NCBI GenBank assembly: GCA_031763465.1
Contig: JARFOE010000013.1
Span: forward strand, 8,577,708-8,611,615
Source of the DNA: Squatina squatina
Lineage: Eukaryota
Direction: 5' to 3'
Length of the DNA stretch: 33,908 nt
The stretch's first letter is position 1. Each line of letters opens with the position of its first letter. This document shows, piece by piece, positions 9,424 to 21,640 of the stretch. The notes under the pieces were generated by a model. It saw only the letters and a list, made by a program, of their open reading frames with translations. It did no database searches and was not told the origin of the DNA. The position numbers were made by a program, and so were the translations under genes.

Positions 9424-9939
9424 NNNNNNNNNNNNNNNNNNNNNNNNNNNNNNNNNNNNNNNNNNNNNNNNNNNNNNNNNNNNNNNNNNNNNNNNNNNNN
9501 NNNNNNNNNNNNNNNNNNNNNNNAAACGGTGGCTACGCAACCCAAATTCTAGGCATCCACATCCAATAATTGAATGTCTCCCTGGCCTTGACAGGTACAG
9601 GTGGCATTCTTAGTTCATTGTGTGATTGAGATGGGCCTCATAATTCAGAACCAAATCCAGTGTCACTCCAGTTCTATAAAGAATTCAATTTTGTACAACA
9701 TTTTTAAACTTACCAGACTAGTTAGTAGTAGTAATTGTTGGACATGTTATTGCTCAAATTTTTCTTCCCCCTACTCATGCCATCGGCTCATGCTGTGATG
9801 CAGTTCCATTGCAGCTGACAGCCCTTCACTACTTCGTCAAAGTGACTATTCATATGTGAGCTTAAACAATAATAAGTGTTGGCAGGATTTGCAGCCATTA
9901 GAGGGATCCTGTGTCAACTTATTGGCAGTCTTATATCTT

Positions 9940-10113
9940 GGTCAGACAGTCATAGGTTTGAGTGTCACACCAAGAAGTGACTGCATAATCTAGGCTGACG
10001 CTCCAGTGCAGTTAAGAGGGAATGCTGCACTGTTGGGGTATTTCAGCCATCAGATGAAACACTAAACTGAGGTCCTATCTTTCTGTTCTTTTAAAGACCC
10101 CTTGGCACCATTT
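9940..10113 (+). mobile_element. Deu-domain SINE fragment
   Basis: ataatctaggctgacgctccagtgcagttaagagggaatgctgcactg...agatgaaacactaaactgaggtcc is homologous to 830-1000. Confidence 0.75.
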
Positions 10114-10308
10114 AAACATTTGGGAATGTTGTCAAGGCATGTACCCGAGGAGCGGCCACTTGGGCATTAGCATGTTCAGGAGAGGACAGGACAAAACTGG
10201 GATTTAAAAAATAAAAACAAATGTTTAGCATCAACTGAATAAGGGAGAGAGGAATCGCATTCCTTTGATCAGTTACCCAGCTAAGAACTTTTCACATTCT
10301 CTTCACAG

Positions 10309-10462
10309 TTACTGTCAAATTACCACAAATGGAGAGCTGAATGCCCTGAGATAAGTGCAGATCTGAGGCCTTTATCAGTCGTGGGTCTCCTTAAGGCTGG
10401 TTACCATGGAGTATTGAGGTCTCGTGATTCCAGTGGAAGCAGGGTTTTGATATATAAAATTG
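10309..10462 (+). CDS. TTPA: Alpha-tocopherol transfer protein exon 2 (154 nt)
   Basis: ttctcttcacag|TTA CTG TCA AAT TAC... = [52 protein letters not shown]|gtgagt. Matches human [51 protein letters not shown]. Divergent to YTHDF3 as in human. Not in the ORF track. Confidence 0.95.
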
Positions 10463-10989
10463 GTGAGTTCTGCATCTTCTAAGTCATGCACGCTCCTTGA
10501 TTCTCTAATTTTGGCATTGGTGTACAGAACAGATCACCACCCTACAGATGACTAGCATAAAAAATATAATTCCCTGAACATCAGTAGTTTATTGAATTGT
10601 TTGCACTGTTGTGGTAGTGAGGTACAATGTATTTATATGTGAGGAATGCANNNNNNNNNNNNNNNNNNNNNNNNNNNNNNNNNNNNNNNNNNNNNNNNNN
10701 NNNNNNNNNNNNNNNNNNNNNNNNNNNNNNNNNNNNNNNNNNNNNNNNNNGTGGGTGTTTTGGATGTTGTGGTCCATGTGAAGGCTATAAAGGTGGTTTT
10801 CTGTAGGCTTTGAGTCTAAAAGGGTGCTTAAAGCTGCCAAGTGCCTTCGAAGAATGTGGAATGATGTAGGCTGAACCTATCATTTAGGGTATTACAATCA
10901 AGCCACATGCTCCACTCAACAGACAAACATGACAATTCTCAACTGCTTCAGTGAGTGGAACACAGCAATAATGAGAATAAAAGGTTTCT

Positions 10990-10995
10990 TTTAAT
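10990..10995 (-). promoter_or_regulatory. Candidate NKAIN3 polyadenylation signal ATTAAA
   Basis: Minus-strand ATTAAA about 580 nt after the stop, followed by a U-rich stretch. No transcript evidence. Confidence 0.3.
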
Positions 10996-11573
10996 CACCT
11001 AATCTATAATCCATAGAATGGTCTAACAGATGTGTCACATAAAATGTTTGTAACATTCACACGACTACAAAATACTGTGGTGCTAACATTATCTTACAAA
11101 TGTGTTAAGAATTAATACTTCATAAATCCATAAAAAAGTATTTTTGTACAAGTTGAAAACTGAATCATTTAAATATTCTACAGAGAAACAGTTGCTACCA
11201 TCAGAGGGACTGATTCACTCTCAGCACAAGTCCAGTAATGTTTTCCTGTTTCACAGTGGATTTTACCTGAAACAAATCACTTGACTACTGAATTCACTGT
11301 TTGCTACAGTGTACATACTTTAACTAGATGCTCCAAACAAGATACCATTATTGTACAGCAAAGGACAAGAAACAGTAACCAGAACCAAGAAATTCATCAT
11401 CAACTTGGATATCCCTAAAAATAAGTCCTTGACTTGAGTTTTGGTCAGAAATGAATTATTACGTGGGAGTACCTGCCCACACCTGATATCACATATAATG
11501 TTTTCTCTAAAGTGTAGTTTGAAGTAATCTTCATCAGAGGCCAATCCATCCATGATTATCTGTTGTCTGTCAT

Positions 11574-11583
11574 TTACTTCGAC
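11574..11583 (-). CDS. NKAIN3: NKAIN3 terminal coding exon ((M)SK*)
   Basis: Strong pyrimidine-rich acceptor ending ...tttacatctcttccag|G TCG AAG TAA. Fits the NKAIN-family C-terminus ...PMYMSK* and the position and strand relative to the other NKAIN exons. Confidence 0.75.
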
Positions 11584-11914
11584 CTGGAAGAGATGTAAAA
11601 AAACAAATCAGTATTGACTTTTTTGTGGCAAGATAAACTATGCTGTTTTCAGAATGTATGCATCATGCCTTGGCAGCATTAACCTTTTCAGCATAAAATG
11701 TCTGAAAAAGTTTTTTAATACATTGATGAAAAGAGCCTGAAGGCACATCAGTGTAAACATATAATTACAGATCTCTTATGATTGATCACTGGGCTTTGCC
11801 AAATGATTTAGTGGGTGAGTACAATGCATGATATAGTTGTGAGCTCATGCAAAACGGAAATATTACTTGAATTGATCCCTGGCTTCTGTTGAGCTAGCTA
11901 ATCTTATTGGTGTG

Positions 11915-12045
11915 AGCAACAGTTTCTTACATTACAACGGTGACTACACTTTAAAAATACTTCATTGGCTATAAAGTACTTTGGGATGCCCTGTGGTCGT
12001 GAAAGGCGCTATATAAATGCTATATATAAATTTCCTTCTTTCTTG
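11915..12045 (+). mobile_element. L2-type / Deu-SINE 3' tail
   Basis: ...ctttgggatgccctgtggtcgtgaaaggcgctatataaatgc...ttctttctt. Related tails at 1383-1430 (-), 23875-23950 (+) and 27060-27090 (-). Confidence 0.75.
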
Positions 12046-12787
12046 CTTTCTAAAGTTGGTATGTATATGCATCCTAAGATTAGAAGTTTGCGTCTTTAAG
12101 CATGATTTAAGATGCAACCTCATCATATTTAAAGAAGCTTGTCGGGAATATAGTAATTAAAAAAAAAGTAAATTCACTGATCCCACAATCCCGGAAGAAG
12201 GGGAGGGGGCTGTACTTGAAGTGAGCACAGGTCAGAGAATTGCCACTATATTGTAGCTTTAACTCAGGCCACCTTCCTGTCAACCACAGGATCTATGAAT
12301 GTATCCATAAATATTCAAAAGCCTTTGGTATTTTGATTTCAGAAAGCAGCTTAAAGTGTTGGTGTAAATGAAATACTTTTTTGCTATTATCTGCTGATTT
12401 GTGTTGCATCAGAATGCAATTTCTTTCTTTACCTTCCTTTCTATAAATTTATGTTTCATAATAAATTTAGCTTGCAACTTTGTCCTGAATTATGTGATCT
12501 ATCCATGTGGTGTATTTCAGCCAATCAAAAGCAGCTAGGAGCATAGGGTGGGCATCTGCACTTCCAACAGAGCAAAATAACTTGGCAATAATGTAACTGC
12601 TAATTATGTAGCATGGTAACCCATTGACTCCAAGCAAGAGGCTTTGGTTCATGGGTGGTGATCCCCTGCCAGTGGAAACTGCCCTATTGGATGAAAAATG
12701 TTGGGAGAAAGCTGACCAAAAAAATTCTCCCTACCACGGCGATAACTTAACTATCAAGTCTATACTGATCCTCATAAATCAATTGCA

Positions 12788-12852
12788 ATTCAGCCATGGT
12801 CTCATTGAATGACAGAACAGGCTCAAGGGGATGAATGGCCTACTCCTGTTCC
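12788..12852 (+). mobile_element. CR1-type LINE 3' tail
   Basis: cagccatggtctcattgaatg...ggctcaaggggatgaatggcctactcctgttcc. Confidence 0.75.
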
Positions 12853-13994
12853 NNNNNNNNNNNNNNNNNNNNNNNNNNNNNNNNNNNNNNNNNNNNNNNN
12901 NNNNNNNNNNNNNNNNNNNNNNNNNNNNNNNNNNNNNNNNNNNNNNNNNNNNTTGCACCTTCTCACATTTAACAAAAACACCCAAAAGTTGTAAAGCGCA
13001 ACAACAGAATTAATTACAGGCACTATTTTTTGTAGTCAGTTGACCAACAAGATTGTCAGTAGAAGCCTTGGAGCAAATTACTTCTGCCTTTGGAAATGGA
13101 GTGCAGTGGAGAGTGACCAAGGAGGAGAAAATAACATTAAAAAGTAGGTTAAGAAAATATCTATTCAAATCCAGTGACTGCTTAATTTAATGATAATTGT
13201 ATTGGGTTGGATGTCAGTGGGTGTAAATTCTAGTCTGGGTATGATACTAATATACAAAGTGAAAGATGCAATCACTCTATGTGAGCCCTGCTTTTTAAGA
13301 GAAAGCAGTTTGACATTTTTTAAAAGTTCACATATTGGAATACAAATCATCCAATTACATTTATTTTTATGTCATAGCGTAAAATATAGTATTTAAAGAT
13401 AAAGATTAAATCTGACTTACTTTTAGGAATTCTGAGATGCAGTTAACCTTCAACTAACATCCAGGAGCACTACGGTGGTATATATCAGGACAGGAAAGGA
13501 GTGAAATGAAACCCTGAGGTGCAGTCTCAGTGGAGGATCTGATTTAGTTCTGAGAATTTGTCTGTCAATTTCCCCTTGTGGACTCTGATATTTCTACACC
13601 AACTGTCAATTCCTTCTGGTTATGTACATTGTTGTTTTAATGTAATGATCCATCAGAGAAACTTAAAGAGCCACATATTGTATTACAAACTAAACCAGCA
13701 AAATGTACCTCAATATATACACTAAGTGAATTTCCCGTATTTGCTACTTGACATAAAACTGCAGCACGAGTTTCCATGTAATAAAATATTTTGAGTTACG
13801 GTCTTGTGGTATGGGAAGCCATTAAGCAGCTGACGGCCACTTCCATAAAGGAAGAAGGAAGGTGGCACTTCAGGCTCTTTAACAGACTCCCGTAGCAACT
13901 GGTCCTGAAGTGGTAATAGTAGGTACCTGACAGCAGGTTAGTAACTCCCTAGTTTGGCCAAGGTCATGGCACAGTGGGCAACAAGGAGGCCACT

Positions 13995-14119
13995 TGCAAC
14001 ATGGTTTAGTGGTTAGGATTTGGCGCTTTTACCGCTGCGGCACAGGCTCGATTCCCAGCCGGGGGACCTGACCTTTCAAATGGGCTCAAGCGGCTGAATG
14101 ACCTTCTCCTGTTCCTATA
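13995..14119 (+). mobile_element. tRNA-Glu-derived pseudogene (13995-14066) fused to a CR1-type 3' tail; minimal SINE
   Basis: 72-nt region collinear with vertebrate tRNA-Glu (…TGGTTTAGTGGTTAGGATTTGGCGCTTTTACCGCTGCGG…TCGATTCCC…), with a broken acceptor stem and a TTT anticodon. Followed by gggctcaagcggctgaatgaccttctcctgttcctat, homologous to 12819-12852. Confidence 0.8.
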
Positions 14120-15103
14120 GTTGCTGAGAGCAAGGGTAANNNNNNNNNNNNNNNNNNNNNNNNNNNNNNNNNNNNNNNNNNNNNNNNNNNNNNNNNNNNN
14201 NNNNNNNNNNNNNNNNNNNNNNNNNNNNNNNNNNNNNNNATCAATAAAAGTAGACATTCACCCGGAGAAATCTTATTATCTCCTCTTGATATAAATAGGA
14301 ATTATGATTGTAATTGTTATTCTCAGAGTATCTTCATTTATACGTACATTTTAAACTTTCATAGCTGTTGATTTTGATTTTCATCTGGATAAAGAACTAT
14401 ATTGATTTTTGATTTACCTTGACACATTAGATATACTGGTATTCCCCTGTACTAGTCATTAAAATAAATCTCAGTAGGCTAGAAACTACCAGCAATATTA
14501 GCAGATGAATTCTTTTTCTACCAATTTAGGGAAGGTATTAAACCATTTCAAATCATTTGGGACTGTCCCGACAATGACTGTCAGATAGCAACTTACCCTT
14601 TCCCATTCAGGCATGGCTCCCAGAACAAAATTTTTGATTTAAAGCTGGTTGCTATTACCCTATTTAGAACCCACTTGGAGATGCGCTGTTGTCTGATAGG
14701 AACTGGCCTGTTAACACTTATGCTTGCATGTGTCCAGAATTTAATTTGAAAATGCATTTCCATCATTTCCAAAGTCTTTGGGCCCAAACTTCCGATTGGC
14801 CTGGTGGATCTGCAGTGGATTGCCCAACCACAACCCTGAACATTGGACAGAACAAAGCTGTGCTTGGATTCTGCCCTGTGTCTTTAGTCCAGCCACTTTC
14901 TGATGGGGTGGGGACATAATTAAATCTTTTTCCTGCCCCCTCCACATTAAGGGATGTGTTTGGGTAATGTTTCCAGGCCACCGTAGGAATTCCACCCGTC
15001 ACACCTTTAAAAGGCCTCAGTGTAACTCATACCAGCTGACAGCCGGAGTGAGTTTTATTGAGGCCCCTGGAATGGCCCCATACCTTGCCAGAAGTAAGAT
15101 AAT

Positions 15104-15937
15104 NNNNNNNNNNNNNNNNNNNNNNNNNNNNNNNNNNNNNNNNNNNNNNNNNNNNNNNNNNNNNNNNNNNNNNNNNNNNNNNNNNNNNNNNNNNNNNNNN
15201 NNNNNNNNNNNNNNNNNNNNNNNNNNNNNNNNNNNNNNNNNNNNNNNNNNNNNNNNNNNNNNNNNNNNNNNNNNNNNNNNNNNNNNNNNNNNNNNNNNNN
15301 NNNNNNNNNNNNNNNNNNNNNNNNNNNNNNNNNNNNNNNNNNNNNNNNNNNNNNNNNNNNNNNNNNNNNNNNNNNNNNNNNNNNNNNNNNNNNNNNNNNN
15401 NNNNNNNNNNNNNNNNNNNNNNNNNNNNNNNNNNNNNNNNNNNNNNNNNNNNNNNNNNNNNNNNNNNNNNNNNNNNNNNNNNNNNNNNNNNNNNNNNNNN
15501 NNNNNNNNNNNNNNNNNNNNNNNNNNNNNNNNNNNNNNNNNNNNNNNNNNNNNNNNNNNNNNNNNNNNNNNNNNNNNNNNNNNNNNNNNNNNNNNNNNNN
15601 NNNNNNNNNNNNNNNNNNNNNNNNNNNNNNNNNNNNNNNNNNNNNNNNNNNNNNNNNNNNNNNNNNNNNNNNNNNNNNNNNNNNNNNNNNNNNNNNNNNN
15701 NNNNNNNNNNNNNNNNNNNNNNNNNNNNNNNNNNNNNNNNNNNNNNNNNNNNNNNNNNNNNNNNNNNNNNNNNNNNNNNNNNNNNNNNNNNNNNNNNNNN
15801 NNNNNNNNNNNNNNNNNNNNNNNNNNNNNNNNNNNNNNNNNNNNNNNNNNNNNNNNNNNNNNNNNNNNNNNNNNNNNNNNNNNNNNNNNNNNNNNNNNNN
15901 NNNNNNNNNNNNNNNNNNNNNNNNNNNNNNNNNNNNN
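15104..15937. other. Largest assembly gap (834 N)
   Basis: N run. Most other gaps are 100-N placeholders. Confidence 0.99.
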
Positions 15938-17270
15938 CAGAACAGTGCCGGCCTTGGAAAGCCCCCACCCCCCAAGTTCCATGCCTTTTAATGAACTTGT
16001 GTCACAGTAATGTCATCAGAGCCTCATTAGCCGTTTTATAAAATGATTCTGTGCATTAATTAAATGCACAAAAAAAGTCTTTTTATCACCGTAGAGGGGT
16101 TGGGAGAAGATTATGTCGGTTAATTGCAGCTGCAGGCGGAAATGCTGCGTAAATTGTATTAAGTGCAAATTGGTGGATTGACAAGATTCCAGTATTTGCA
16201 TTCCGGAGAAGCACATAAGTGCGGAAAGCTTCTTCCGGTTGTTTATCGGTGTAAGTCATGCAAAGTTCTGTTTTATTTATGCGTTATGCAAATACTTGTT
16301 AATTACACACAAATAGATTAGACATTAACCTTCTTGTGAGCTGACCTGTTCATTGGAAATGTTTCATTTAAGGCGCTTACTGCCTGGAAAACTTTTAGCT
16401 ATTTCTCAAGTCTGCCTGCGTATTTTAGGTCTTCTTTTTCTGCTTTGGGGAGCTCATGAGCTGGACTTTGAACTGCCCGAGTGACGGACCCTCTGGTCAC
16501 CAGCACATTTCTGACCCGCCACTCGTGGCAAGGGAAACTATTAAGCAGCATGGTTTTTTTTTCGTTTGGTGCAGAAATGTCTTGTTTAATGTCCGGGGAA
16601 GTAAAACAGGCAGTAGAGGATTACCTATTCATTGAATTTGATGAAAATGATAATCGGAGGGTGTATAAAGAGCGGCCGCTCTGCTGCTGCCCATTTAGGG
16701 TCCACCAAATGTTGAAAGTTCCATCCCATGATTTTTTTCCCCCCAGTAGAACTGTATGCATGTTTCTTTGGCTGTATTGGATCTAAAGTACAATCATGTC
16801 TTTATTTGTTATCCAAACGGGTCATTTTCCAACGGGAATGAATAGCAATCAAGAATATCAACTGTGCCTAGATCAGGTACATTGGAGTCAATTGCAGCAG
16901 TCCTAGCACTGCCCAGCTAACTCACACACAACGGGGATCCTGAACAATAAACCTTTATTTTCCTCAGCTTTTGAGACTAATGTTTCTCACAGTACATGAA
17001 TTTGTGGGAAAACAAGATGGCTGGTATCAATGATAGATTTTTATCTCTATTTCAATTTGATTAAATAAAATCTGACATATCTTACATAATTTTACTAGCG
17101 GTGGCATCAGCTTGGCAAAACCAGAAAATAGGCACTGTCTCAAGAAAATGTTCATTGCTTTGATGCGTCCCTGCTGAGATGTAGTGTGAATGTATGATAA
17201 ATTAGTCATTATTGCAAAGGTCATGTCTCACCCTGGAGTGATCCAGAGACGGGTGTGTTTCAGTACTTAC

Positions 17271-17331
17271 AGCTGTCCTCTTCCTCAGTGAAAACGCTGA
17301 TCACATAGCAGGCATAGACAAAACCAATGAG
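17271..17331 (-). CDS. NKAIN3: NKAIN3 exon 5 (61 nt)
   Basis: tctcttctcctcacag|CTCATTGGT...GACAGCT|gtaagt = [20 protein letters not shown]+T (human [20 protein letters not shown]). Confidence 0.95.
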
Positions 17332-19009
17332 CTGTGAGGAGAAGAGACAAAGAGAATTCAAGGTTATATACTGTTTGAAATAGATTTTATTGTATTTATT
17401 CTACAATCCTTGGATTAGAACTAACTAGTTCCTCCATTCTTATTATTTAAGGTTGAGTTTATTTAAGAATGTGTTGGTGCTTTCAAAGATGGCTTTTTTA
17501 CATTTTTAACCTTTTTAGTTTTAGTTGTCAATTCAGGATAGTTCAATGCCAGTAATGCCACTCTAAACTACACTTCTCTTAGGCCACTTTGAAATCTTCA
17601 TCTAATATATCTGTAAGGAATTGGAAGCCACGTTTGTGAGATGAAGGTACCATGTTTTAGTAAAATATGCCACCTAGTCCTTGCGAGTGGTTTTTATGAA
17701 ATGCAAAGTAATATTTGCTGACACAGACATGAATGAGTAAAAGAGCAGCCAAACTTTGCAAAAAAAAAACACAATTAAGGTACCTAGAAATCACGCAACA
17801 GTCAACAGCTACTTGTCGTGAAGAACTATGCCANNNNNNNNNNNNNNNNNNNNNNNNNNNNNNNNNNNNNNNNNNNNNNNNNNNNNNNNNNNNNNNNNNN
17901 NNNNNNNNNNNNNNNNNNNNNNNNNNNNNNNNNCAGCGAACTCCTGCTATCTGATACCACAATGCACAAGATGACATTTGGTTATCTACCCAAATGATGA
18001 ATGCTCAACAGTGTTACAAAGAATGAAAGAAGCCCTCCATGTTTCACTTCTCAGTGGTCTGCAGAATAGAGTGCATTGATCTTGACAAGCCTATAGCAGG
18101 AGAAGGTACCTTATATTATTAGCATATCAGTCCGTCCCCTCGCTCATAAGAGGTATTTATTTCTATCAGGCTGCAGTTGGTGTATCATTTTTTCCTGCAT
18201 AATACAAGCTGTTGGACAGTTAGATCTGCACTTCATCTTCATTAATATGTGCTGCTGCTGTCACTGAATTCCCTGCATTTAATTTGAAGATGCAAATTTC
18301 ATTGATGTAGTGACAGAGAGCAGACAAACTTAAGAAACATTACAATATTTATAAGGCTACCATGGTCCTCGTAAGGGTGGAGAGCAGTTAATACCACAGG
18401 AGATTGGGGTCAAATTTTCAGCAGTACTAAAATTCATGAAGAGAAATACATATCTTTCAGTTGCCAAGTACATGCTCAACACCACATGGCTCACAAATTG
18501 GCAGACATACAATTTGAACTGTNNNNNNNNNNNNNNNNNNNNNNNNNNNNNNNNNNNNNNNNNNNNNNNNNNNNNNNNNNNNNNNNNNNNNNNNNNNNNN
18601 NNNNNNNNNNNNNNNNNNNNNNCTCCGACAATAAATTATTGTTGGGCACGCCTGAAGTTTAAGTTATGGCAAGCCCGTGTCCCACTGTTTCATAAGACAC
18701 ACTGTCTCCATGTGTCATAAGACTTATGTTTAGGGAGAGATGCAAAAGTAAAGTAGCTTTATTTTGTGAATGTAGAATCCACTGCTAGTAGAGCCTTTTG
18801 AGCTGCCCATGTGTCTGGGACGACATCAGCTTGTTTGAAGGGCGTGGTCAGTTTTTCTCGAGGTTGGCATGTATTTTGGTGGAAGGAGCTAATGTGAGAG
18901 GACTTGTGGATGTAAGTTTAGAAAAACTCACAATTAACAAAGTCCAATTTTGGGTGGACATGTTTTGGTTTCAGTTTAAAGCTCACCTGCTTCTGTAAAA
19001 AGTCAGACA

Positions 19010-19575
19010 CGGGCCTAAAATTTGGATCTACCAAATCAGGCTGAAATCCTGGTGAAGCGCACCCGCCTATTGAGCGGGCGACAGGGCCAGGACAAGTTAG
19101 TCTTATTAACATAGTACCAGTGAACTGCGGGTAGCAGTTGCAGCCCCAGAGGTAGCTCACCGGTCGTAAGCCAAGGAGGAGAAAATTCAACCAGTTGGGA
19201 CATCCACTGAGGTCCTCAGGTGAGTCTGGGGGGAGGGGGAGGCAATCGGAAGGATGGCATGTAGTGGCCTGCTGCAGCCTTATTAGTGCGAAGCCAGGAG
19301 GAGCACTCCTGCTCTGTCTGGCTCCACANNNNNNNNNNAAGGGGCCTAAAACAGACATTAGGCTCCCGGTTCACATAAGCAATGGGCCTAACAGCACTTT
19401 TAGGTGGATGCCATGGATGACTGCAGGGCACCTTAGCCAATAGGGCGTGCAGCACACTTCTGGTGTGGACTGTGTGCATCCATGCCATATTGGGTTCTAC
19501 AGTGTCTATTTTTCACCCGAAAAATGGCTGGTGTGCAAGAGAATTTCTAGGCTGGGGTATTTTAACTCTCGGGCC
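19010..19575. mobile_element. GC-rich non-autonomous DNA-transposon-like insertion
   Basis: Abrupt GC/CpG-rich block beginning gggcctaaaattt and ending ...ctcgggcc. TIRs are only weakly recognisable. Confidence 0.4.
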
Positions 19576-19957
19576 TCTTTATAATCTCACTGGTTTCCCA
19601 CTCAGTTGGCTGACCCAAACAGAAACCTGTCTACTTCCATTAAACAATATTTGGTGGGTCAGCCAGAGGCCTACTTAAAGCAGGAAGGCACCTCTTAAAG
19701 GAAATTTGCAGCCCCTGCTGGAAGATTCCTGCAAGAAGCGTTCTTTTTTAGAGAAGCGGGGCAGAAGCTTGCCCCCAGCTGGTCTAAGGCTTCCCTGGAG
19801 GCACTGAACAAAGAAGTGAGGGCAAGGAGAAAACAAATGGCTCTGACATCTCACTAAAGGGAGATGCTGGTGAGGCTAGAGTTGAATTCATCATTCACTC
19901 CAAAGCCAATACAAGCCAAGGAATCTCCAGCTGGCTTCGTATATAATGGTTGTTTTA

Positions 19958-20053
<96 letters not shown>

Positions 20054-20729
20054 CTAGACACAAAACAAAGAAAGAAGGAAAAATATTTAAATCAATAATA
20101 AATAAACACCAGAAAGTATAAGGCAGGGTGAATACATCGAGCATTGAGAGTGCTTCTCACCCCTCCCCTATTCAACTATCCTGTAAGAAATTGAAGTTCT
20201 ACATGTAAACCAATAAATAAAGATTGATACTTTGTCAAGAATATATCTACCATCGTCCCAATTTACTCACAATGCTGACCTGGGCAAAATGTTATTGTCA
20301 TCGCTAACAAGCAGAGTGAAAATGAGAAACATGCTTAGAAGCAGATATTTTAGGGACACGTCTGTCATAGATGCTCAGAGTTGACTAGCACAGCACGTTT
20401 TAGTTAGGGGGATGGGAACCTAAGCAGGGTGACAAGGGAGAAGGAAACAAAGATAGAAATGAAAGAAAGAAAAGTAGAACGCAAAAGCAGAAGGCAGGGA
20501 AATCAAGGGCGAGAGGCAAATAGGGNNNNNNNNNNNNNNNNNNNNNNNNNNNNNNNNNNNNNNNNNNNNNNNNNNNNNNNNNNNNNNNNNNNNNNNNNNN
20601 NNNNNNNNNNNNNNNNNNNNNNNNNCCTCCAAGTTAAAATCCTGCCCACTGTCTTGATTGAGTTGGAAACCATCTTCTAAACTCCATCATTATCTATAAC
20701 ATTTATTAATTTGCATTTCAAGGATAATA

Positions 20730-20920
20730 CTCAAGGTGCTCAAATTGTTTCTCATAACTCATTCTTCAACCAGAGTCTGTATGTCCCCTTTGTGTATCTG
20801 TGATAAGAACTGGACATGATACTCCAGATGTGGTCCAACCAGAGTACTAACCACTTTAATCATGACTTCCTCTGACTTGTGCTCTACATTTTGGCTCTAT
20901 AGTTCAGCATTCTGTTGGTT
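20730..20920 (-). mobile_element. Old CR1-type RT C-terminal fragment
   Basis: Minus strand LVGPHLEYHVQFLSQIHKGDIQTL resembles LVRPHLEYCVQFWSP..KKDI..L. Confidence 0.75.
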
Positions 20921-21475
20921 TCAGAATAAAATCAAAAGCACTGAAGAACATTTCTTGGCTTTGACCTCTGTTATATAGCCACTGATACTGTAGTTAATAA
21001 CAAACAGAAGCTACATTTCATATCCCTTGCCCAGCCTGATTCCAGTCAACATTATTAGATTACTATTGTTCACTACTGTAATTTTGAGAGGGAGACAATT
21101 TAATATGTTGGCACTGCAACTCATTTTATCACAGAACTGTAGACCACTAGTTCACATGTGTGATTCGTCAGATTACCAATCCCAGTAAGAGAGAAGTGAC
21201 AGGTGGAGATCATGTGCTTCACGACAGAGATGGAAAATCTGAGGGTGAGTCACCAGTCTTACAACCAATTGTCGAGCCATTGGCTGAGATTTGGGAGCTG
21301 GTTGTCCGGTCACTATCTTAGCCTGGAAGTCATGTGCAGTAATTGGAGAACAGGAACTAGAGAAAGTGCAACAGCATTTATCAGTGACAGTCAAACATAA
21401 AACTTTTCCAGGTAATTGCTATATTCATGCTTATGTGATTTGCTAGAAAGTGAGTTCAGCATTTTTGTTCCTTCA

Positions 21476-21640
<165 letters not shown>

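Noticed and set aside
11695-11740. KCLKKFFNTL resembling GGH EKLKKFFNVL
   Set aside because: Similarity does not extend, a stop follows, splice phase does not fit, and it lies inside a NKAIN3 intron.
12467-12535. Possible NKAIN3 exon 6 (SAFDWLKYTTW...*)
   Set aside because: In phase, but lacks the FDFIGG...HLQLQPMY signature and has a mediocre acceptor.
13995-14066. Functional tRNA gene
   Set aside because: Acceptor stem is broken, T-loop GTTC has become GCTC, the anticodon is TTT in a Glu body, there is no nearby T-run terminator, and it is fused to a LINE tail.
14967-16010. 300+ aa ORFs in the track, and the many other X-containing ORFs
   Set aside because: Artifacts of N runs, which contain no stop codons.
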